A stretch of 64,000 nt of DNA. It comes from Chiloscyllium plagiosum (Eukaryota). Below the pieces are notes generated by a model that saw only the letters and a list, made by a program, of their open reading frames with translations, did not search any database and had not been told where the DNA came from. This document shows positions 1-12,320 of the stretch, in pieces. Numbering within the stretch: position 1 is the first letter of the stretch; each line of letters opens with the position of its first letter. The translations under genes and the position numbers were made by a program. The DNA is taken from the NCBI RefSeq assembly GCF_004010195.1, contig NC_057758.1, positions 3,711,428 through 3,775,427 of the forward strand. The letters run 5' to 3'.

Positions 1-290
1 GTGTTTGCCTTGGTGTGTGTGTCTCTTTGTGTCTAGGTGTGTGTGTATCTCTGTGTGTATGCGTCTGCGTGTATGTGTGTCTGTGCATGTGTGTCTTTGT
101 GTATCTCTGTGTGTATGCGTTTGTGTGAGTGAGTGTGTGTGTGTGTATTAGTTCATACATGTGTGATTATTAACCACAGCGTATGTGTGTCTGTGCATGT
201 GTGTCTTTGTGTATCTCTGTGTGTATGCGTTTGTGTGAGTGAGTGTGTGTGTGTGTATTAGTTCATACATGTGTGATTATTAACCACAGC
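1..290. repeat. GT-rich low-complexity tract with an exact 110-bp tandem duplication (71-180 / 181-290)
   Basis: Direct sequence comparison of the two units. Confidence 0.85.
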
Positions 291-689
291 AGACTCTCTG
301 AGACAATATAAACAACAGCCATGTGCCAGCCTGGTCATTGTTGCTCGGAGCAGCAAGCCTGATGATGCGGACATCTCCGATTTTGCTTTTTTGGGCTTTG
401 ATGCTGGCGCAGCTCAGCACTGCTGACAGGGAACTGCGAAGACGCAATTATTTGGGAGGTCAGTGCAAATCGCAAGGAGCACTCTGTGTGTGGGAATAGA
501 GGAGAAAGCGAAGATGCCATTCCGCCTTTCAGCCTGTGCTGCCTTTTATTTTCTTCAGGCTGCTTTGGCTTGTTTCTGCCGCATCTCATGTTAGTTGTTA
601 AGGTGAAAACGTGCAGCGCAATCAAAACGTTCCTTACTCTTTGTTCCTGTGTCACCACGTGTTCGGTTTCTTAAACCGGGTCTTGAACA

Positions 690-1950
690 ACTCAAGGGCT
701 CAGGAAATTGGTAAAGGAGACAGAAATACAGAGCAAGGGTCCTACCCGATGGGGTTGGGGTGTCGAATAGTAGCGTCCTGGAAGAGATTATTTGGAAAGG
801 AATGATGAAGAGGTTACGGAATGCCGCTGGGTGAACGGCCCACCTGCAGAGCTGGCATGGACAAGTCAGGCCGAACGGCCTCCATCTGCGTTGCAGGTGC
901 TTCCGTGATGTTGTAATCATATCTCTGTTCAGAACTCCTTCACTCCCTCCCCACCCACCTCCCCCACCCACAGAGAAGCTGCTGTGAACAGTACATTAAT
1001 CATAAGGTGTAGGGAATACAAATAGGCTGTTTGGCCCATCTAATCCTTTCCCCTGTTGAAGGACATCGTGGCAGAACTGATCATCTTCAGTTCCACTCTT
1101 AGGCCTCTCCGCATCACCTCTGATTCATTTCCTGATTACAAGTCTCCCGATCTCAGACACTTCGACACGCCGAATGACGGTAAGTGTGGGGTGCTGCTCT
1201 TTTGGGGGGATCAATTATTAAGTAGACGTGTACAGGGACCTGAACAGCATTGATGTTCGGAGGGATCTTGGGATTCAAGTCAATAGCTCCTTGAAAGGAG
1301 TTCTGACAGTTGATAAGGTCGTAAAAATGGAATATGTCAGGATCGCATCTTGGTCTGGTAATTGAGTAAAAGAAGCAGGATATCATGTTGTAGCTTTATA
1401 AGAATTTGCTTGAGCAAAACCTAGAATGCTGCTTTCAATGTGGATCACCACAATTAATTCAAAGATGTGAAAGCAATGGAGAGCATGCACGAGATGATTA
1501 CCCGGATGTTGCCTGGATTAGCGGAAGTGAACTATGAAGGAGAGGCCAGAAAAAACTTAGTTAAACATCACACAACCACAAGTTATAGTCCAACAGTTGT
1601 ATTTGGAAATACTTAGATCATATTCGATGGATTCTGTATCCGAAGATCCTGCCACACCAGCGAACTGACAAAGGAGCAGCGCTTCAAAAACAAGTTTCTA
1701 AACCAATCTTTTAGACTCTAATCTGTTGTTGTCCACTCTTTAACTTTGTCCACCCCAGTCCAATGCCAGCACCTGTACTCCATTTAAAAATGTTTTCCCT
1801 GGAGGGCGAAGGCCGCGGGCAGACTTGGTCGAAGTCTATCAAATCATGAGATGCATAGATAGTTAACTGTCAGTTATTTTTCCCCCAGAGTTAAAACATC
1901 TAATACTAGTGGCTATGTGTTTAAGTTGAGAGGGAGCTAGTACAATGAAA
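690..1950 (+). mobile_element. Degraded CR1-type LINE 3' fragments, interrupted by a small palindromic Penelope-derived repeat (~1567-1735)
   Basis: CR1 RT C-terminal-like sequence (gggatcttgggattcaagtc, cccggatgttgcctggatta). The insert is bounded by cacacaaccacaagttatagtccaacag and its degraded reverse complement. Confidence 0.6.
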
Positions 1951-2375
1951 ACTTGATCCTTAAATCTCCTTTACACTGTCCCCCCTCACCTGTCACTCTC
2001 AAACACATTTTCTCAAACACGCATTTTCTGTCTCGATCTCTCTATTTCTCTCTCTTTTTTAATCTCTGCCGCTCTCAGTCTCTCCGTTTGTCTCTCCATG
2101 TCTCTCTATCTCTATCCCTATCTCTGCTTCACTTTATGATCTCTCTTTGTCTCTATCACTATCCTTATCTCTGTCTCTGCATATCTGCATTTTCTGTCTC
2201 TCTTTCTCTCTATCTCTATCCCTATCTCTAGCTGCTTCTATTTATAATCTTTGTTTCCCTCTGTCACTATCTCTGTCTCTGCGTCTCTCTCTCCCTGTCT
2301 CTCGCTGTCTATTTCTCGCTCTCTATCTCTCTGCCTTGAAGCCATTTCTTGAAGCAACGTAATGTTTATGCAATG

Positions 2376-2634
2376 CCTGACCCCTGTTCCAGAATTAGTT
2401 TCACATGTTCCCGTGATGTACCATGGGAGATTTCCAGACATCCCTGCTTCAATATGAGCTGGTCTGTTCTCCCAGTATTTTACTCCCAATCGTTTGACCT
2501 CAGTATACCTGAGCCCTGTTCCAGAATTAGTTTCACATGTTCCCGTGATGTACCATGGGAGATTTCCAGACATCCCTGCTTCAATATGAGCTGGTCTGCT
2601 CTCCCAGTATTTTACTCCCAATCGTTTGACCTCA
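2376..2634. repeat. 132-bp near-perfect tandem duplication (2 copies)
   Basis: 2376-2502 and 2508-2634 are almost identical; the period is 44 codons. Confidence 0.9.
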
Positions 2635-3039
2635 CTCGGAGAACATTGCACAGCTCTGATCTCCAAATTGAAATGATCCCAGCTCGTGGTCATACAGGAA
2701 AAGTTAAGGTTCCACACTGAAACCTAGCTTGTTACGCCAGAGCTGTTAAATTGTTTTGTTTCTCTTATCATTGAGGCTTATCCATGGATGCATTCAGAAG
2801 ATGTTCCAAGTATACAATTAACACGAAGAACATGGACATTTCATAAAAGTCAAATAGCTTTCTTACACAGCACAAGAACTCTTGGGAAGATGCAATTTTA
2901 AAGTTTAGATAGCACGTTTAATCATTTTAGAAGTCGCCATAGCAGATGGATTATCATATCTCAGGTAAAAGTCACCCCGTCTCCACACTAAATTTTCTTA
3001 TTTAGCCGATTGAAAAGTTGGTTTCCATTTGGCATAACG

Positions 3040-3610
3040 ATACATCTCCACGTTATGTATCAGTGCTGATATCTTTATATCAAGCTGCATAATTCTGCAC
3101 TTGGTATCCCTCACTTTTACCGTACTGAAAACACAGTGCACATTTCTTTTCTAAATATTTCTCTATTACACCACACATAAGGAAGCCTGCACAATTCTGC
3201 ACCCAATATCTGTCAGTTACACCATACGGAAATCAGCATGCACAATTATGCTCTCAATTGTCCCTCACTTACAACACATATAATGCACAGTGCACATATC
3301 TGCTCTCAATATTTCTCAGTTGTTCCACATAAAATACGCAGTGCAGAATTCTGCTATCAATATCACTCACCTGCAGTAAATGTAAAGAACAGTTCACAAT
3401 TCTGCTATCTATATTTCTCAGTTACATCACAATAAAGCATTATGCGCAATTCTGCTCTCGATATCACTCAATTACGCCACATTTTAGCACAGTGCACAGT
3501 TCTATTCTCAGTGTCGGTTAGAACACACTTTGAGCACTTTGGATAGCTCTTGTTTCCCTATCCCTCTGTGAAACTGCACTGCACAGTGTCGTGCTCTCTA
3601 TCTCTTGGTC
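3040..3610. repeat. Degenerate ~51-bp minisatellite (cagtgcacaattctgctctcaatatc core)
   Basis: The core aattctgc recurs at about 3091, 3193, 3244, 3297, 3347, 3398, 3448 and 3497. Confidence 0.7.
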
Positions 3611-4209
3611 GAACCCTACTTACAGCACTGACTGTTGATAATAATGAAAGGCGTTTGCTGTTTCCCACGTTTCTTCAGCGATTGTAAGAGTTTGGGTGCA
3701 ACTTGTAAACAAAGGCAGTGTGAAAACAGTGAGACTACTCTCAATGGAATATGTGCCGGGAACAAGCACTGCTGTTGGCATAGCTGAGGAAGGAAAAACC
3801 GAATGTGTCGCAGGGTGAGGCATGACTGAGGTCCAACTGATGCTGTCTGCCCATTCTGAAATTTGGGCTCAGCTCAATCACGTAGACACGATAATATTTT
3901 GACCCACTGTTTTCTGAATAAAGGCAACAAAATTCATAGCATTGATCACTGGATATTTTCTGTCTCTCATTACTCACTAGGATCTGGGTGTGCTCAGAGT
4001 GACCAGTAGTTAGGGGGCGTGGGTGGACAGTAGTTGGGAGGGGAATGCCGGAAAATGGTGGTGCATGTTCATATCGTGCACCTCCTACGTGGCAAAATCC
4101 CACATTCACCCATTGTTACCCTGTTCAGCTCCAACTGGAAGAATAGGATGGAGACAATCATCACGATGTCTGGGGATTTTCAGTCCTCTCAGAGGTGAGT
4201 GTTTAGGCA

Positions 4210-7200
4210 TCTAAACACTGTTGGGCAGTCTATCCATGGTGTTTCAGGACTGTCAGAAGCACAGTGGTGAGGGAGCGGCCTCTGACGGAGGGTCCATGCT
4301 GAGGGACCACAGTACCGTCAGAAAGTCAGTGCCAATGGAGCAACGCACTGCTGGATGGTCATTACTGAGGAAGGGGGCTTTGACAGAGTCGGCTCTGTCA
4401 GACACGCTGTGTTCAGGAATAAGTCTCCATTAGAGGCTGAATGCTTGGGAAGCAGGCCCTGTCAGATGGTCAGTGCTGTGTGTTACAACACTATTGGAGG
4501 GACAATGCTGAGGACGTGGGCTCAGTCAGAAGTTCGATGGTGAGGCAGCGGGTGTTTTTGGTTGGTCAGTGCTTAGGTACAGTGTATTGGAGGGCGAGTG
4601 CTGTGGGAGCACTGAACCGTGTGAGGTTCAGCATTGAGGGAGCGCTGTACCATTTGAAAATCAGTGATGAGCAAATGGGCATTGATGTAGCGGCCACTAT
4701 TGGATGATCAGTGCTGCGGGACTGTTGCACTGTTGGAGGGTCAGAGATGAGGCAGTGGGTACTGTTGCATAGCCAGTGCTGAAGGAGCGGGCACCGTCTG
4801 AGGGTCAGCGCTTAGGTTGCTCCCTACTGTCGCGGGCCAGTGTTTACTGGGTGCTGCACTGTCAGAGATTCAGTGCCGAAAGAATGGGTACTGTCAGAGG
4901 TTCAGTACTTCGGGACTGCCGCACAGTTGGACAGTCAGCACTGAGGATATGTTTCACTGTTGGAGAGTCAATGCTAAGGGTGTGTTGCACTGTCATAATC
5001 TCAATGCTGCAGGAGTGACGCACTATCGAGGGCCAGTTCGAAGAGAGCACTGCATTGTTCTAGTATCAGCAGTAAGGGACCGTGCACTATCGGAGCGTCA
5101 GCACTGAGTACAGATGGCACTGTTGGAACGTCGGTGCTGTGGGACAGGGCATTGTCAAAGGGTCAGTGCTGAGGTAACATCGCACTGTTGCAGGTTTGGT
5201 GCAGAGGGAGTGGGCATTTTATAAGGGTCAGTGCTGAAGGAGTCGCGACCTGTTAGAGGGTCAGTGCTGAGGGGATGCTACACTGTCGGAGGGTTGTTGC
5301 TGATGGAGTGTTGCACTGTTTGAGGTTCGGTATTATGGGAGGGAGCATTGGCGGATTGTCAGCATTGCGGGAGTACTAGTCTGTTGGAGGATCAGTGCTG
5401 AGGGCACGTTGCGCTCTCGGAGGGTCAGTGCTGAGGGAGTGATGCACTGTCAGAGGATCAGTTCGAAGGGAGCACTGCATTGTTGGAGGATCAGTACTAT
5501 CGGACTGGGCACTGGCGGAGCGTCAGAACTGAGGAATATGGCACTGTTGGAGGGTCGCGGCTGTGAGAGTGGGCACTGTTGGATTGTCTGTGCTAAGAGA
5601 ACATTGCACTGTCAGAGGGTCAGTGCTGTGGGGGAGCTGCTCTGTTGAAGGATCAGTGCTGCGGGAGCGCTGCACTATCAGAGGGTCAGGGCAGAGGGAA
5701 CGCCAAACTGTCGGAGGCTAAGTGCTGAAAGAGCAGGAACAGCCAGAGGGTCAGTGCGAAGGGAGGTGCCACGGTCAGAGGATCAGTATGGAGGGAACCA
5801 TAAAGTTAGAGTGTTGCACTGTCGAAGAGTCAGAGCAGAGGGAGTGCCGAACTTTCGAAACATCTGTGCTTCTTCACTATCGGACAGTCAGTGCTGAAGC
5901 GAATATCCCACAGACGTACGTGCAGTGCTAAAGGAGCGCCTCTCTGTAAGATGTTCAGTGCTGTGGGAGTGCGGCATTGTCAGAGAGTCCATGATGTGTG
6001 AGTGCGACACTGATCGATACTCAGTGCTGAGGGTTCTCCGCACTGTCAGAGTGCCAGTGTTCATGGAGAAGGCACTTTCAGAGGGTTCTTGATGAGGGAT
6101 TGTGGCATTTTGCGTACAGCCCTAAGGCGATACCACCCTGTTGAAGTGTCTGTGGTGAGGGACTGCTGCTGAGGGAGCTCCATACTGTTGGAGGGTCAGT
6201 GCTGAGGGAGTGTGGCCCTGTTAGATGGTCAGCCTGAGGGAATGACAATCTGTTGGATGGTGAGTGATGAGAGTGCCTCACTGTCCGAATATCTGTGTTG
6301 AGGGACAAACACGCTTTTGGATGACCAGTGTGGAGTGTGTTCCATGCTATCAAAGGGTGAGCGGTGACAGAGTAAGTATTGACGGAGGGTGAGCACTGAG
6401 GAAGTGTCCTATATTTGGAGGGTCGGTGCTGAGTGAGCATTATTCGAGGATAAATGTTGTGAGAGAATATGTTATGTTATGAGTTGTGAGAGCACCATAT
6501 TGTCGAAGACTCGGTGGTGAGCCCCGCACTATCGGAGTTTCAGTGATGAGGGATCTCCGCACTTTGGGAGGGTGAGTGCTCACGGAGCTGCACACTGTGG
6601 GAGTGTCAGGTCTGAGTGACCGTGACACTGTCGCAGGGTCAAATCGGAATAATTGCCGTAGTGTTGCAGGTTTCGTGCTGTGGTACTGTCAGACTGGCAA
6701 ATTCTCAGTGCTGAGTGCTCTCTTGATTTTCAGAATGCCAGAGTTGAGGGACAGCGGAACCTGTCATAGGATCAGTGAAGCCCCAAACTGTTGGTTGGTC
6801 AGTGTTGAGCGAGCACCACACTGTCGGAGTGTCAGTGCTGAGGGAGCGCAGCACTGCTGCATGGTCAGTGTTGTGGAAGTGGGTACTCTTGAGCAGCCAG
6901 AGGTGTAGGTGTGGCTTCTTTCGGATGTTTAGCACTGAGGAGGTGGACACATTCAGACGGTCAGTGCTGAGGGAGTGCCGCACTCTCAGAAGCAAACGCT
7001 GAGTATCCCACTGTTGGGTGATCAGTATTGAGGAAATGCCTCATAGTCAGATGGTTAGTGTTGAGGGGTTTCCACAATGCCAAACAGACAGTGATGAGGG
7101 AGCTCTGCACTATTGGAAGTTTAATGCTGAAGGAGCTCCGCCTCGTCAAGGATTCATAGCGAAGGTAGCCACGCACTATCGGAGGGTCATTGCTGGGGAA

Positions 7201-10040
7201 GCACAGGTTAGTGCTGAGAGAGTGTCGCACTGTCAGATGATCGGTGCTGAGGGAGGTCCGCTTTGTCAGAGATTCAGAGCTGAGGCAAATTCCCACTGTT
7301 AGATGGTCACTGCTGAGCTAGCAGCGCACAGTTGAAAGGAAAGAGCGGAGGGAGGGTGCGCCTTTATGGGGTCAGTGTTAAGGGACCGCTGCACTGTTGG
7401 GGGGTCAGAACACAGAGAGAGCCACAGTGTTGGAGGGTCAGTGCTGAGGGAGTTCCCCACTATCAGTGGGTGACGACTGATGGATCTGCGCACAGTCAGG
7501 GGCTCTGTACTGAGGGATCACACAGTATTGAGGGCCAGTGCTGTGGGAGCAGGCAATTCGGAGTGTCAGTGCTGATAGAGCGCTGCACTGTTGGAGGGTC
7601 AGTGCTGAGGAAACGTAAGTTAGTCCGAGGCTCAGTGCTGAGTGACTGCTGCATTGACGCAGGGTCAGGCTGATGGAGTGTGGCTGAGTTGGAGGGCCAG
7701 CGCTGAGGGAGTGTCGCACTATTGGACGATCAGTCGTGAAGATGCGTGTCACGGTCAGCGGGTCAGTGAAGGGCGAACGCGGCTCTGTCATTGATTCAGT
7801 GCTGAGGCTGCTTCCCTCTTTTGCAGGGACTGTCCCACTGTTGTCGGGTCAGTGCTGTGGGAGTGCCACACTCTCGAGTACTTCCGCACAGTTTGAGTGT
7901 CAGTGGTGCGGCAACGTGGGACTTTTTGAGGACTGAGGGAGTTGACACTGTTTGGGAGATGATTTGTAGCTCGGGTGCTCGTTGTTGTGGTTCTGTTCGC
8001 CGAGCTGGGAATTTGTGTTGAAGACGTTTCTTCCCATCTCTAGGTGACATCCTTAGTGCTTGGGAGCCTCCTGTGAAGCGCTTCTGTGATGTTTCCTCCG
8101 GCATTGATAGTGATTTGTACCTGCCGCTTCTGGTTGTCAGTTCCAGCTGGACACTATCACACCGTATGTGCTGAGGATGTCTGCACTTTCGGAGTGTCAG
8201 CGTTGAGGGAAGTGCAATCTTGCAGGGTCAGTATTGATGAATTGACACACGGTCGAAGAGTCAGTGCTGAGTCAGTGGGCACTGCTGGATGGTCAGCGTT
8301 AATCCAGCGCCACACTGTAGGACTGTCACTGCTGAAGAATTGCCGGACTACCGGACGGTCTTTGCTGAGGCATTGGGCACTGTTGGACGGCCACCTAAGG
8401 GCACACCACACTGGATGACGGGTCATACTGAGGTAATACGGCACTGCCAGAAGGTCAGTGCAGAGATAGTGTCCAACATTGGTGTGACAGTGCTGAGGGA
8501 ACTCCATATTGTCCGAGGTCCAGCGCTAAAGGGGCTCACATGGTCAGATAATCAGGGCGGAGGGCGTGCCGTACTGTTGGATGGTCAATGCTGAGTGTGT
8601 TTCGCAGTGTGGGAGGGTCAGTGCTAGGGAGTTCGACGCTATCAGATGATCAATGCTGATGAAGCTGCACAAAGTTGGAGTTCAGTGCGGAGAAAGCACC
8701 ATACTGTTGGTGGGTCAGCTTTAAGGGAGTAGGGACTGCCAGAGCATCAGCGCTGGTAGCGTCCACACAGTCGTGGTGCCAGTGCTGAGCTAGTGCCACA
8801 CTGTCGGAGGTTAGTACTGATAGAACTTTGCATTTTTGGAGGGTCAGTGCTGAGGGAGCACGCACTGTCAACGGTCAGTGCTGTGGAAATGCATACTTTG
8901 TAGGGTCAGTGCTGATGAGCGTTGCACTGCCAGAGGGTCACTGCTGTGGGAGTGCCACACTGTCGGACGATCATTGTTGAAGAATTACGCACTGTCGGAA
9001 GGTCTGTGCTGAGGCAGAGGGCACTGTTGGACGGTCAGCGCTTAGGGCGCACAACACTGGATGAGGGATCACGCTGAGGTAGAATGATACTGTCAGAGGG
9101 TCAGTTCTGAGAAAGTGTTCCACAGTTGGTGGGGCAGTGCTGAACGAACTCGGCATTGTCTGAGTCCCAGTGCTGATGGGGCTCACACAGTCGGACGGTC
9201 AGTGTTGAGGGCGTGTCATAACGTCGGAGGGTCAGTACTGAGGGAGCTCTGCACTTTTGGAGACTCAGTGCAGAGGGAGTTCTGCACTTTCGGAGGGTCA
9301 GTGCTAAGGTAGTGCCACAGTGTTGGAGGATCAGCACGGGGCAGTGTCACACTTTCGGAGTGACAGAGCTGAGAAAGTGCCACACAGTCGGAGTTTCAGC
9401 GCTGAAGGAACTGCGTATTGTCTGAGGGTCAGCATTGACGGATTGTGCTGAGGGAACACTACACTGGCGGAGGCTCAGTGCTGAGGGAGCTCCACTCTGT
9501 TGGAGGGTCAGCACTGAGGGAGTGCCCTACTGTCGGAGTGTCAGTGCTGAGGGAGTGCAGCACTGTTGGAGTTTCAGAATTAAGGAAGTGCTGCACTATC
9601 GGAGTTTCAACGCTAAGGGAACGCTGCACTATCGGAGTGTCAGTGTTGAGGGATCTCTGCACTGTCTGAGGGTCAGCATTGACGGAGGTTGCATTGTTGG
9701 AGAGTCAGTGCTGAGAGAGCTCCACTCTGTTGGAGTTTCAGCACTGAGTGAGTGCTGCACTGTTAGACGTTTAGTGCTGAGGGAGTGGAAACTTTCGGAG
9801 GATCAGTGCTGAGGTAGTGACACACTGTCGCAGGGTAAGCGTTGGGGAACTGCCACACTGCCGGCGTGTCAGTGCTGAGGGATTCAGAACTGTCGAATGT
9901 CCATTGATGAGGCAATGGGCACTGTTGGTGTGTCCGCGCTGAGGAAATATGCATTTTCGGATGGTCAGCGCTGAGGATGTAGTTCCTTACCCTATCAAAG
10001 AATCATTGCTGTGGGAGCTCCACGCTATTGGGGGGACTGT
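4210..10040 (+). repeat. Degenerate 33-bp tandem satellite (consensus ~gagggtcagtgctgagggagtgccgcactgtcg), about 5.8 kb
   Basis: Period 33 (for example ctgaggg at 9481, 9514, 9547). It generates the many spurious SVLRE/RVSAEG ORFs. Confidence 0.9.
7950..8150. mobile_element. Short retroelement fragment, probably a Penelope-type terminal repeat, inserted in the satellite
   Basis: Non-periodic 200-bp block (gacgtttc...aggtgacatccttagtgcttgggagcctcctgtgaagcgc) interrupting the 33-bp array. Confidence 0.5.
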
Positions 10041-10324
10041 GCTTTGAAGGAAGTGAATCTATTTCGTTCTTTACCGTAGCGGGCTGACGATGCTGGGTTG
10101 CTGAATACATTCAAGGCTGAGAAAGTGAGAGACTTTTAATGAGTGAGGGAATTGTGGTTTAAGGGGAAAGACAGGAAAGCTGCAGGAGAGGTTAGTCAAA
10201 TCAACTGTGGTCCCATTAGATTGTGCAATTGACTTGATGGGTTGAATGGCTACTTCTGCTCCTGTGGTGGGAGATATTCTCTGGATCGCTATCTACCAGG
10301 AGCACCTGCAGTCATTTCGCTCTG

Positions 10325-10610
10325 TGGATAGCACTGCTGCCTTCCAACGACAGGCACATTCGTTCTCTTCTAGTCTCTGGGAACTGTCGGTGTGGAGTGT
10401 GCACATTATCCCTGTATCGGTGTGGGTTATCTCCGGGTGCTCCAGTTTCCTCTCACAGTCCAAAAATGTGCAGGTTCAGGTGGACTGGCATTGGGAAGTT
10501 TACCCACAATGTCACAGTGATGTGCAGGCTGGATGGATTAACTCTGCAAAAATATAGGCCGGAATGCAGCTTGGAGCATCAGTGTAGATTCGATGGGCGA
10601 AATGGTTAAA
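10325..10610 (+). mobile_element. HE1/V-SINE-type SINE
   Basis: V-domain-like sequence gtgtggagtgtgcacattatccctgtatcggtgtgggttatctccgggtgctccagtttcctctcacagtccaaaaatgtgcagg. Confidence 0.75.
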
Positions 10611-11499
10611 GACATTGGAGGAGAAGATAGGCCATTCAGCCCATCGAAACCACTCCACCATTCACCCGTGTCTGATTGGCTTTTCTACCCCATTCTACTG
10701 CCATCTCCCCATGTCCCTTGACCCCTTATATGGTCAAAATCTTTCTATCTCTGTATATGACCTGATCTCCACAGCCCTCGTGCTAATGAATTCCATAGAT
10801 ACGCAACTCTGTGGCTGAAGAAAATCTCATAATCGCCGTCTAAAGGTCTTCGCTTTATTCTAAGGCTGTGCCCTCGGATACTAGTCTCTCATACAAATGA
10901 AAACATCGTCCCAACATTCACTCTGGCCAGGAAATTCAGCATTCTGCTTCTCCACCGAAGAGATTCTAAACAGAAATCTTCAAATACCTATTTATTTGAC
11001 GTCCTGTGATATTGGGGAGAATGATCAGCAGTTTGCCCGAGTGATGGAGGAGGTGCAAATTCGGCAGAGTCTCTGAAATGCCGACGCAGTGAGTTGTAAC
11101 AAGCATGGGTTGTATCAAAGTGTGAGTACAGACGTTAATGATTTTTAAGGGAACACGGATTCAGCCTGTCAAGTTCCTTACTCCAAGGAACGATGGCATT
11201 CTCATCGTCTTCTAGTGGGGCTGTTAGGTTCAGATAAACTCAGATGCACGGTGTTAGGACAATTCTTGTACAGAATCGCTCCTCACAATATCCGGGCACT
11301 GAACTGCAACACCCAAGGTGAACCCTCACACAAGGGCGGTGTACTTTATAGTAAAGAAGGGGAAGCAGGGGATATAGTCCTGACGTCTGTATCAGGAAAG
11401 TGTTCCACATGAAAAACTACTGAAAAAACGATCAGTGGGAGCAGAATCCGGAAGAGAAATCTGCAAAATCGGTGTGAACAGTGTCGACAAAGAAACCAG

Positions 11500-11517
11500 A
11501 CAGCTGCAGTGAGAAGG

Positions 11518-11548
<31 letters not shown>

Positions 11549-12320
11549 GAGAGATTGAGAGCAAGAGACAGTGTATTTGAACGTCAGAGGGAGGATTGGA
11601 GAGAGAGTGAGAGAGGCGGAAAGAGACAGACAGCGACACGGGGAGCACGACAGATAGAGACAGAAAGGCAAAAGGTTTGAGAGAGTAAGAAACGGGAGGG
11701 GAAGAATGAGAGACACAAATTATAAGGAAGGCAGAGAGAGTTCAGGCGTCACGTGAAATGGAGTGACTCAGATTCTTACACAGTGACTGAGCCCGAGAGG
11801 AGAAAGAGAGAAAGAGTCAGTGTGGGTAAGAGTGATAAGCGACAGTGAAAGAGATGAGAGAATGAGATATGCATGCAGAAATAAATATAGATGTAGACGG
11901 AGTGAGAGTAACAGCAGGGGTGACAGAATAGCAGTGAAAGAAAAAAGACAAATAGAGCAATATATGAGAAAGAGCAGACAGTATGATAGAAATGAGTGAG
12001 TGAATGGCCGAGAGACAGGAACATAAGAACTGAGTAGGATATACATGGGGATGCAGTGAGGGAGTGAGTGGGACAGTAGAATGACAGAGAGAGTGAGAAA
12101 AATGAGAATTTGTGAGACAGTGAGGCAGGGGTTCAGGCACCGTAAGAGAGATAAAGACAGCGACAAACAGAGGGAGTGAGCAAGAAAAGAGGCAGACAGA
12201 AGGTGACAGAAAGACCGAGAGTGGGAAACATATGAATGATGGAGTGAAAGCGAAATAGAAGTAAGATTGAGAGAATAAGGTCAAGACAGAAACAAAGTGA
12301 GTGACAGAGAAAGACGCTGG
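11500..12320. repeat. GA-rich low-complexity tract
   Basis: Purine-rich (GA)n-like degenerate sequence. Confidence 0.8.

Noticed and set aside
4210..10040. 33-bp array as a CRISPR array or a repeat-protein gene
   Set aside because: There are no unique spacers, the units are degenerate and contiguous, there are no cas genes, and stops occur in all frames.
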